A DNA stretch of 57,109 bases from Nitrospirae bacterium RIFCSPLOWO2_02_FULL_62_14. Its GTDB lineage: Bacteria > Nitrospirota > Nitrospiria > Nitrospirales > Nitrospiraceae. Positions 32,751 to 42,085 of this stretch are shown here, piece by piece. The position numbers were made by a program, and so were the translations under genes. Location: positions 1 through 57,109 of the forward strand of contig MHEU01000067.1 in the NCBI GenBank assembly GCA_001805245.1. The letters are read 5' to 3'. Positions within the stretch are counted from its first letter, which is position 1, and the number at the start of each line of letters is the position of its first letter. Below the pieces are notes generated by a model. It was not told the DNA's origin, did no database searches, and saw only the letters and a program-made list of their open reading frames with translations.

Positions 32751-33334
32751 GAGTCACGACCTTTCTTCGTCCATCTGAGATGTTCCTGGTTCTTGAAGGT
32801 GATCGTCTCCACTGGTTCCGGCTCGTAGTAAAAGGACAGTTCGTATTCCAGCTTGTCCGCTTTCATATACCGGATCGTAAACAGCGTCTTCGTGCTCGCG
32901 CCGTCCTTTGCACCGTCTTCGACGGGGGAGGATTGGACTTCGGCAACGATATAGGCTTCACCATCATAGCCGCCCGTTCCAAAGGCGACGTTGCGCTCGA
33001 CGAACAGTATATACCGGTCCTCATATCCCGGCGTATTGGTTCTCCACATTCCGATCAGGTTTGAAGGCACCTGGTTGGATCGCGGGGGGTTGTGCAGGAG
33101 CGGAGTGAGAACCGCAAGGAAAATCACGACGTACGGCAAATACAGCCTGACCTTCGGCGGTAACGTCCATTTTTTTTTCGCCGGAGCGGCCTTCCCCCGC
33201 TTGCGCGATCGCCTGGCGACGGGAGGCTGGCTCTTCGAAGGATCGCGCAGGTCTTCCGGTAGTTCCCTGCCGCCACCGGCTGCCTTCATACGCTCCAGGA
33301 GAAGCTTGAGCTGATCTTCAACAGTGGCCATCAA
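32747..33334 (-). CDS. single-pass membrane hypothetical protein
   Basis: Lys/Arg-rich N-terminus, TM LYLPYVVIFLAVLTPLL, and a ~120-aa extracytoplasmic domain. ATGA overlap with the next gene. Confidence 0.5.
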   Translation of the reverse strand: MMATVEDQLKLLLERMKAAGGGRELPEDLRDPSKSQPPVARRSRKRGKAAPAKKKWTLPPKVRLYLPYVVIFLAVLTPLLHNPPRSNQVPSNLIGMWRTNTPGYEDRYILFVERNVAFGTGGYDGEAYIVAEVQSSPVEDGAKDGASTKTLFTIRYMKADKLEYELSFYYEPEPVETITFKNQEHLRWTKKGRDS

Positions 33335-33563
33335 ATCTCCGGAGCCGCAACGCGATATCCTGTATAGGTTTCGGAACCTCGTAGAAACAAGGGCACAATA
33401 GTACCATAAGTCTGGGTTTCGACAAGCGCCAATAACTAAGGGATTTCAATGAGATAAACCGTCCGTCTTCCTTAGGAATACAATCTGTTGGGGAATGTCT
33501 ATTTCGGAGTCCGACAGGATGCGGCAGGTCCGGCGGCTGTGAATCGGCTTGTACGGGGGAATG

Positions 33564-34061
33564 TCAGCGGAGAGCGGCGAACCGGTCGATGCGAAAACGA
33601 CGCGCACAGTCTGACAGCAGCGCCGCTTGAGGCTCGCGCGCAAGCGTGCGCTGCCATTCGGCCTGCAATCCGTCGGCGTCCGGCACGACGCCGGCCATGT
33701 TCAGCAGGCGCACGGCGCCGCCCATGTAATCCTGGCCGGTGGCGGCAAGCACGGCTCCCATCACTTGGTCGGGAATACGCTTCAGCTTGCGGTCCTCGAC
33801 ATAGTTTTGCCATTCCTTCCGGCAGGCCTCCGCGCTCTGCGGCAGCTGCTGCCTGCGCCAGGCGAGGTTGCGTTCGGCATCCTTGAGATCAACCAGAATG
33901 CCTTCGCTGATCCCGGCCGTCGGGATTGCCACCAGCATGCGGACGACCACCTTGCCGGCAACGAGCGCCGTGGAATCGCCGTCGCGGACGATCAGGCCTG
34001 AACAGCCGGCGGCCGTGCCGCAGAGGCTTAGAACAATCAGGACTCGCATGGTGGATTGCAT
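33564..34061 (-). CDS. hypothetical lipoprotein
   Basis: Lipobox LSLCGTAAGC. Confidence 0.5.
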   Translation of the reverse strand: MQSTMRVLIVLSLCGTAAGCSGLIVRDGDSTALVAGKVVVRMLVAIPTAGISEGILVDLKDAERNLAWRRQQLPQSAEACRKEWQNYVEDRKLKRIPDQVMGAVLAATGQDYMGGAVRLLNMAGVVPDADGLQAEWQRTLAREPQAALLSDCARRFRIDRFAALR

Positions 34062-34274
34062 ATGCTCACTCTATAAGCGGTACAGGCATCAGCGGTAGGG
34101 CCGATTGGCTGGAAGATCCCGCTTTGTTGGCCCTACTGCTTTCATCCTGCTCGTAAACCGGAACTGCCAGGGGTCTTGGAATCTCTTAATTTTCTCGCAG
34201 TTGACTGATTCCTCGCTTTCTCCTGCGACTTCCACATCAAGTGGAGTGGACGGTGCTAAGCTTGAAGGTCAGCT

Positions 34275-35507
34275 ATGGTGCGACTCTGGACATGGTTCGC
34301 CTCGTTTGTCATGCCTGATGGCGTGCTGGTGCTCGCGGCGGTGGGATTTCTTCGCCCGGGAGGATTGCCGAACTGGGCGCTGCCGCTTGAACAGGCTTTT
34401 GCCTACCTGGTTCTGGTGACCGGCGTCCTGCTCGGCCTGTATATTCGCCACACCCGCATCCTGCTTGCCCTGTTGCTCCTGGCCCTGGCCGACAGGGCCC
34501 TGCTCAACCTGTCCGGCGTGGAGGCCGCATCGGCAGGCATCGACCGGATCGTGTTCAACGCGGTCGCGCTGTTGCTGCCGCTCAATCTGCTGGCACTCGC
34601 ATTGATCACCGAGCGCCAAATCCTGATCAGCCGCGAAATGATCCGGCTCATCCTGATCGTCGTGCAGGCATTTCTCGTAGGCTGGATCTGTCTTCCCGAC
34701 AACGCGGCGGTGGCGGCGGCCCTGGAATCTCCCTTCGTCGACCTCCGGTTTACCAATTGGACCCCGATCGCGCAGGCGCCGCTGCTGGCGTTCGGCGTGG
34801 CCCTCGCGCTTCAAGCCGTGCGCTTCACGGCCTACCGGAACCCTGTCGACAGGGGATTTTTCTGGGCGCTGGTGGCGGTCTTCCTTGCGCTGCACGGCAC
34901 CCGCACGGGATGGTCCCCCACGAATTATCTGGCCACGGCCGGACTGCTCCTGATCATCGACGCCTATGCGGAGATTTACCGGTCCACCTACTTCGACGAG
35001 TTGACGGGCATACCCGGAAAGGTCGCGCTGGACCAGGCCCTGTTCAACCTTGGTCAACGCTATGCCATCGCCTTGATCGACATCGATCACATGAAACAGA
35101 TCAACGCGACGCACGGGTACGCGGCGGGCGACCAGATCCTGCGCATGGTCGCGACAAAGATTTCCGCCATGCCCCATGATGGAGCGGCCTTCCGCGACGA
35201 AGGCAATAAATTCGTCGTGGTCTTTCCGGGTAAACAGGCGGTCGATGTTCTGCCCCATCTGGAGGAACTCAGGAAAACCGTCGAAACGTCGTCCGTGACT
35301 CTGCGCGCCCCCAGGCGGCTCTTCAGGAAGGCAGCCGCGCCGGTACAAGTATCCGCGACGATCAGCATCGGGGCCGCCGAACGGGATGAGCGCAGGAGCA
35401 CGTCGGAGCAGGTGATCAAGGCCGCGGAAGTGGCGCTGGCCCGCGCCAAGAGCGGTGGAGGCAACCATGTGAAGGCGCGGGTGGAAGGGAAGGTACAGGC
35501 GACGTGA
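34275..35507 (+). CDS. polytopic membrane protein with a degenerate GGDEF domain
   Basis: DELTGIPG ... LIDIDHMKQINATHGYAAGD ... FRDEGNKFVVVF. EGNKF replaces GGDEF. Confidence 0.7.
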   Translation: MVRLWTWFASFVMPDGVLVLAAVGFLRPGGLPNWALPLEQAFAYLVLVTGVLLGLYIRHTRILLALLLLALADRALLNLSGVEAASAGIDRIVFNAVALLLPLNLLALALITERQILISREMIRLILIVVQAFLVGWICLPDNAAVAAALESPFVDLRFTNWTPIAQAPLLAFGVALALQAVRFTAYRNPVDRGFFWALVAVFLALHGTRTGWSPTNYLATAGLLLIIDAYAEIYRSTYFDELTGIPGKVALDQALFNLGQRYAIALIDIDHMKQINATHGYAAGDQILRMVATKISAMPHDGAAFRDEGNKFVVVFPGKQAVDVLPHLEELRKTVETSSVTLRAPRRLFRKAAAPVQVSATISIGAAERDERRSTSEQVIKAAEVALARAKSGGGNHVKARVEGKVQAT

Positions 35508-35607
35508 GGGAGGAAGGCAAGAAACATGTGAGTGGCTTATCCGCGAGCCTCAAAATTATTGGCTCGCGGTACACGCCAAGAGAGGAAACAAGAATCTAAG
35601 CCTACTG

Positions 35608-35650
35608 GAGGAAAAGTAACTATCCGCCGCGATTTGATTGAACGCGGCGG
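35608..35650 (-). terminator. hairpin plus T-run downstream of tRNA-Glu
   Basis: Stem ccgccgcg/cgcggcgg. The minus strand continues atagttactttt. Confidence 0.45.
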
Positions 35651-35668
35651 CTCACACGAAGTGCGGTA

Positions 35669-35746
35669 TGGTGGTCCCAACGGGATTTGAACCCGTGTCT
35701 GAGCCTTGAGAGGGCTCCGTCCTAGGCCAGGCTAGACGATGGGACC
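35669..35746 (-). tRNA. tRNA-Glu (anticodon CTC), CCA encoded
   Basis: Cloverleaf folded by hand. Acceptor GGTCCCA/TGGGACC, anticodon arm GAGCC-CTCTCAA-GGCTC, T arm ACGGG-TTCAAAT-CCCGT. Confidence 0.9.
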
Positions 35747-35786
35747 ATCAATCACCAGCCGCGCGATCCTCGATGAAAGGAGGCAA

Positions 35787-35815
35787 ACTGTAACATAGGG
35801 TCATCATGTTTTCAA
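35787..35815 (-). promoter_or_regulatory. candidate sigma70-type promoter for tRNA-Glu
   Basis: The minus strand reads TTGAAA-N17-TACAGT about 40 nt upstream of the tRNA 5' end. Confidence 0.4.
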
Positions 35816-35929
35816 AGCGGAGATCTGCGGGGTTATCATGTTTTCAAAGCGGAAATCCGAGGGTGATCATGTTTTTAAAGCGAAGTTCTGTGGGGTCATC
35901 ACGTTTTCAATCGGCCTAGGCGGGCTCCA
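35803..35929. repeat. four head-to-tail copies of a 31-32-bp unit
   Basis: atcatgttttcaaagcggagatctgcggggtt, with unit starts at 35803, 35835, 35866 and 35898. The fourth copy overlaps the stop of the transglutaminase-like gene. Confidence 0.85.
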
Positions 35930-37424
35930 CCGAGAGAATCTGCAAGCGAATCTTTCCCACGATATCCGTCAACGGCAGGAGATCGGAGGGTTTTTCCCCT
36001 TCGATCAATTTGATGTGCGTGGCATCCACACCGACCTGACCGAAGGTCGGGTCCACCGGCAGCCAGCCGGCTCCGACGTAGCTCTCCGCCCACGCGTGGT
36101 ACAGAAATCCGTCCAGTTCCTTCGAATACACCAGCCCGTTCACGACGCGCGTCGGAATGCCGAGGCTCCGCGCGAAGGCCGCATAGAGCCACGTCAGGCC
36201 CTGGCACTCCCCTTTGCGCCCCTGCAGCACGTCGGAGGACGAAAAGACGTCCACCGGCGCCTGGTCGACGTTCTCTTGAATCCATTGGACGAGCAGCCGG
36301 ATGCGCGCGAGCGGTTCGAGCGCATCCTTGACGATCACGCGCGCCGTCGCCTGGGCCCCGGGATCTGTGCTGTCCACCGCCACCGTCGGTTGCAGGTAGG
36401 ACTCAAGGACGGCCCCTGGCTCGGTCGTTTCCCTGCCCGCCCCGGACGAATCAGCCTTCCGGATGGAACAGCGTGTGCCGTCCTGTTCGCGGGAACAACG
36501 CTGCCACGGATCGGACGGGACGGCGAAGGAGTCCGGAATCTCCTGCAGCACCACCTGCATCGTGGTCACCGCGCGCGGGTCGGGCAGGGACATGTTCGCA
36601 CGGACCCGGCTGAACTCCACCAGCAGGTCCCGCTTGTTCACGCTGGCCCGCGCCAGATAGCCCTTGGCCTGACGCTCGGTCTCGAGCGTCGAAAACAGGA
36701 GCCCGCGCCACGCCCGTTCCAGCACCGGCTCGGCCCGGTCGTTGATCCACAGCGTGGAATGCTGGCCGCCGAGCTCGGTTTCGATCCGGTAGGCCCGCCC
36801 GTCGTAGAGATCGCTTTCCTGGTACGTCTCGATCGTTTGCGAAACCGTGGCCAGTTCCTGGAGCTGACCGTCGTAGACGAGGTATCGGTGCTGCCGCCCG
36901 ACGCCGAGGCCGTGCAACGACGGGAACAAGGCGATCGCGCTGGTGGGATACAAGACTCCGGGCAACGGGATCGCATCGCGGGTGAGTTTCCCGGCCGTCT
37001 CGCGTTCCACCACGAGTTGCCCCTGTTGCACGATGCCCGTGAGCATCAGTTTGTTGCCGTCGAGATCGTAATCGTAGGCAAACCGTTCCAGGCGGAGATC
37101 GTCCGCCACCCAATCCTGCGCCTTGAGCGTGACCTGTTTGTTCAATCCAAGAAAATGAAACGCCAGCAGCGCCTCGGAACGGAGTTCGTACTCGCCCGGC
37201 CTGCCTGCCACGGGGAGCAGGGCCAAATGCGTCAGACCGATCTTCTCGCCGTTGAACACCACGCCGGTCCAGTACTCGCGGTAGGGCCATGCGTCCAGGG
37301 AGTAGGATGGCGGCGCCGGGGGAACGGCTGCCTCGCGAAAATACATCCGCTCGCAGCCCGTGGCTGTGGCCAGGATCGCCAGCATCAACCACGGCAACGC
37401 CCGGAGAAATCGCCGGTATCTCAT
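35916..37424 (-). CDS. transglutaminase-like lipoprotein
   Basis: Lipobox ILATATGC. C-terminal core GECQGLTWLYAAFARSLGIPTRVVNG ... YHAWAE ... VDPT (Cys-His-Asp). Confidence 0.75.
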   Translation of the reverse strand: MRYRRFLRALPWLMLAILATATGCERMYFREAAVPPAPPSYSLDAWPYREYWTGVVFNGEKIGLTHLALLPVAGRPGEYELRSEALLAFHFLGLNKQVTLKAQDWVADDLRLERFAYDYDLDGNKLMLTGIVQQGQLVVERETAGKLTRDAIPLPGVLYPTSAIALFPSLHGLGVGRQHRYLVYDGQLQELATVSQTIETYQESDLYDGRAYRIETELGGQHSTLWINDRAEPVLERAWRGLLFSTLETERQAKGYLARASVNKRDLLVEFSRVRANMSLPDPRAVTTMQVVLQEIPDSFAVPSDPWQRCSREQDGTRCSIRKADSSGAGRETTEPGAVLESYLQPTVAVDSTDPGAQATARVIVKDALEPLARIRLLVQWIQENVDQAPVDVFSSSDVLQGRKGECQGLTWLYAAFARSLGIPTRVVNGLVYSKELDGFLYHAWAESYVGAGWLPVDPTFGQVGVDATHIKLIEGEKPSDLLPLTDIVGKIRLQILSVEPA

Positions 37425-37533
37425 GCCCGGATATTACACCCCTCCGGCACTTTTTACTTTTGCCCTTTCACATCGGCCCTGCGGCAGCCGCCTGTTTCTC
37501 CCTGCTCCCCGTCTGTGATAGATTCCCCGCAAC

Positions 37534-39225
<1,692 letters not shown>

Positions 39226-39229
39226 CCGC

Positions 39230-39703
39230 TCACAGTCTGTAAACAGGCAATCTCGCGAGCAGGGCGGGCGTGGCCTCCCAGATATGGTCCACGACCGACT
39301 GGACGTAGGCGCGGGCTTCGTCCATGTTCGACTGCCAGTCCGGCATCGCCTCGTGGACATCCAGCACCGGCTCCTCTTTTTCAAAACACACCTGGTTGAA
39401 GAGCGGCACGTCGCGGCCGAACTGCTCGCGGATGAAGTCGCGGTGATCGAAACCCATCGCCACGGCAAGCTCCACACTCTCCAGTAATTCACGCGTGAGC
39501 TTGCGCTGGACATGCGCCGACGGATCGGCGCCCTTGGCGCGCAAATACTCGATGATCAACGGATGCAGCGATTGCGGCTTGGCTTCGATGCCGGCGGAGC
39601 CGACGAGTAGGCGCATTTCCGGACCCATCCTCGTCCTCAGCGCATACTCCGCCGTCACGCTGCGAAAGACGTTGCCCGTGCAGATGAACAGGACCGATTT
39701 CAT
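39230..39703 (-). CDS. low-molecular-weight protein tyrosine phosphatase / ArsC-like
   Basis: CTGNVFRS (CX5R-S) at residues 8-15. Confidence 0.8.
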   Translation of the reverse strand: MKSVLFICTGNVFRSVTAEYALRTRMGPEMRLLVGSAGIEAKPQSLHPLIIEYLRAKGADPSAHVQRKLTRELLESVELAVAMGFDHRDFIREQFGRDVPLFNQVCFEKEEPVLDVHEAMPDWQSNMDEARAYVQSVVDHIWEATPALLARLPVYRL

Positions 39704-39776
39704 CGCGTACCCATCTAACTAACGGCTAACGGCATCTTACCAGAGCCTCTCCCTTTTTGACGCGGCCCCAGGTAGA

Positions 39777-40664
39777 ATGGCGGGCATGAAGACTCCGCAC
39801 CGGCCGCCACCCGGCAAACTCCCTGTCGAAGTTGAAAAAATGCAGACGCGCCTCTGCCGGCTGGCCGGCCAGGCCATCGCCGACTATCAGATGATCGAAA
39901 ACGGCGACAAGATCATGGTCTGCCTCTCGGGCGGCAAGGACAGTTACGGCCTGCTGGATGTCTTATTGGCATTGCAACAACGAGCGCCGATTCGCTTCGA
40001 ACTCGTCGCGGTCAACCTGGACCAGAAGCAGCCGGGCTTTCCCGCCCATGTGCTGCCCGACTACCTGACGCGCCTCGGTGTGCCGTTCCACATCGAAACG
40101 CGCGACACCTATTCCGTCGTCAAGCGGCTGGTCCCGGAAGGCCAGACCACCTGTTCGCTCTGCTCGCGGCTCCGGCGGGGGCATCTGTATCGCGTCGCGG
40201 CCGAACTGGGCGCCACGAAGATTGCGCTCGGCCATCACCGGGACGACATCCTCGAAACGCTGTTCCTGAACCTGTTTTACACCGGCAAGCTCAAGGCCAT
40301 GCCGCCCAAGCTTCGCTCGAAAGACGGACGGCATCTGGTCATCAGGCCGCTGGCCTCTATCAAGGAAGAGGATTTGGTTCGCTACGCGGAGCTGCGGGAG
40401 TTTCCCATCATCCCCTGCGACCTCTGCGGCTCACAGGAGAACTTGAAGCGGAAAGAGGTCAAGGCGATGCTGCGGGACTGGGAACGGCGGATGCCAGGCT
40501 GCACCGACAGCATCTTTGGGGCGCTCTCGAACGTCGCGCCGTCGCTGCTGCTGGACTGGAAGCTGTTCGATTTCTCATCGCTGAAAACCAACAACCAGGC
40601 CGGCACGGCCAGCCACGTCCCCGGCCATCCCGCCTTCGCCGAAGAACTGGAAGAAGTTCCCTAG
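39777..40664 (+). CDS. ttcA: tRNA 2-thiocytidine biosynthesis protein
   Basis: PP-loop [18 protein letters not shown] and CDLCG motifs. Confidence 0.85.
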   Translation: MAGMKTPHRPPPGKLPVEVEKMQTRLCRLAGQAIADYQMIENGDKIMVCLSGGKDSYGLLDVLLALQQRAPIRFELVAVNLDQKQPGFPAHVLPDYLTRLGVPFHIETRDTYSVVKRLVPEGQTTCSLCSRLRRGHLYRVAAELGATKIALGHHRDDILETLFLNLFYTGKLKAMPPKLRSKDGRHLVIRPLASIKEEDLVRYAELREFPIIPCDLCGSQENLKRKEVKAMLRDWERRMPGCTDSIFGALSNVAPSLLLDWKLFDFSSLKTNNQAGTASHVPGHPAFAEELEEVP

Positions 40665-40677
40665 ACGTTCCCGGACT

Positions 40678-41280
40678 TCAGGATTTTCCCCACAGCTGTT
40701 CCAGCCGATTAACACGGCCGCAACTGGTCTTGTAGAACTTGTAGCGGATGGGATTCTTTTTATAAAAGTCCTGGTGATAGTCTTCGGCCGGATAGAACTT
40801 GGACGCCATCGTAATCTGGGTCACGATCGGCTCCGTGAACCGCTTGGATTGTTCGACTGCCTGCCTGGACGCCTCGGCCTGCCGCTTCTCTTCCTCGTTG
40901 CTATAGAAAATCACGGCGCGGTACTGGCTGCCGTGGTCGCAGAACTGCGCGTTCGGCGTGAGCGGGTCCACGTTCTTCCAGAAATGATCCAGCAGTTTCT
41001 GATAACTGACCTGGGCCGGATCGTAAACGACTTCCACCGATTCGGCGTGGCCCGTGCCGCCGGCCGACACGTCCTCATAGGTCGGGTTCGCTTTCTGGCC
41101 GCCCATGTAGCCGGACGTGACCGAGACGACACCCTCGACTTTTTCGAACGCTTCTTCCATGCACCAGAAGCAGCCTCCGGCAAAGACCGCCTTCGCCTGT
41201 TCTGCTGCATGACCGGCGCTTCCCGTGGTCGCTACCAACACTACCAGCAGTGCCATGTTCAGGAATCGTGCGGCGTTCAT
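40678..41280 (-). CDS. msrA: peptide methionine (S)-sulfoxide reductase with signal peptide
   Basis: GGCFWCMEEAF motif and an N-terminal hydrophobic leader. Confidence 0.9.
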   Translation of the reverse strand: MNAARFLNMALLVVLVATTGSAGHAAEQAKAVFAGGCFWCMEEAFEKVEGVVSVTSGYMGGQKANPTYEDVSAGGTGHAESVEVVYDPAQVSYQKLLDHFWKNVDPLTPNAQFCDHGSQYRAVIFYSNEEEKRQAEASRQAVEQSKRFTEPIVTQITMASKFYPAEDYHQDFYKKNPIRYKFYKTSCGRVNRLEQLWGKS

Positions 41281-41435
41281 GTGATCCTCCCCTTCAACTG
41301 TCGCCGAGACCGGACATCCGTCGGACGTACCCCTTCATACCGATGAGTCGCGCCGGACAGTTGGATCTTACAACCTGAGAACAACTGAGAAGAAACACGA
41401 AAGGGTTTTATCCGGCGCCGTTATGGCAATAATCC

Positions 41436-41549
41436 GTCGCGCCGCGCGACACCGCTTCCGGTGAAACATCGCCACGACCAGTTGGTATGGCTGGCGCGGC
41501 ACTGCCTGTTAGCATGCCGCCGGGATGTTTCTCGCGTGCCAAGGCTGGT
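41436..41549 (-). repeat. tRNA-Gln trailer module, copy U1
   Basis: gcgacaccgcttccggtg ... ggtatggctggcgcggcactgcc ... cgcgtgccaag is shared with U2 and U3. Confidence 0.75.
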
Positions 41550-41623
41550 TGGCTGGGGGACTAGGATTCGAACCTAGGTAGCCGGCTCCAAAGACCGGCG
41601 TCCTACCACTAGACGATCCCCCA
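41550..41623 (-). tRNA. tRNA-Gln (anticodon TTG), CCA encoded
   Basis: TGGGGGA acceptor, anticodon arm CCGGT-CTTTGGA-GCCGG, T arm CTAGG-TTCGAAT-CCTAG. Confidence 0.9.
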
Positions 41624-41716
41624 GCAAGTTCTCAGTTCGATGAGAAGGGGCGGCTTCTTGTTGGTGCCACGCTCACTGACCCATCCCAAGGGGAATGCCA
41701 CTCGGTACTGGAAAAT

Positions 41717-41862
41717 GTGTCGCGTTGCGCGACACCGCCAAAATACATCGTCGCGGCAGTGGCACTGCTTCCGGTGCGTCATGGCCACGGCCAAGGGATG
41801 GCTGACGGCGCCACTGCCCACTTGCGTGCTGTCGGGAGGTACCTGTCGCGTCAAGAACCAGG
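41717..41862 (-). repeat. tRNA-Gln trailer module, copy U2 (no tRNA attached)
   Basis: gtcgcgttgcgcgacaccgcc ... cactgcttccggtg ... ggcgccactgccc ... cgcgtcaag. Confidence 0.65.
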
Positions 41863-41863
41863 A

Positions 41864-41975
41864 TCTCTGTTGCGAAGCAACACCGCTCCCGGTGCCTCAT
41901 CGCCATGAGTCGTCGGTATAGCTGGCGCGCCACTGCCCGTTTGCTGCTGGACCGATGCCTATCGCGCCAAGATGT
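41864..41975 (-). repeat. tRNA-Gln trailer module, copy U3
   Basis: gcaacaccgctcccggtg ... ggtatagctggcgcgccactgccc ... cgcgccaag. Confidence 0.75.
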
Positions 41976-42049
41976 TGGCTGGGGGACTAGGAATCGAACC
42001 TAGGTAGTCAGCTCCAGAGGCTGACGTCCTACCGCTAGACGATCCCCCA
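41976..42049 (-). tRNA. tRNA-Gln (anticodon CTG), CCA encoded
   Basis: Same acceptor and T arms as the other tRNA-Gln. Anticodon arm TCAGC-CTCTGGA-GCTGA. Confidence 0.9.
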
Positions 42050-42085
42050 ACCGATTTGCAGCTTAATATTAAGGGACGTGCACCG

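Noticed and set aside
35803-35929. Possible CRISPR array (regular ~32-bp repeats).
   Set aside because: The units are contiguous with no spacers, only four copies exist, they diverge from one another, and no cas genes are in the window.
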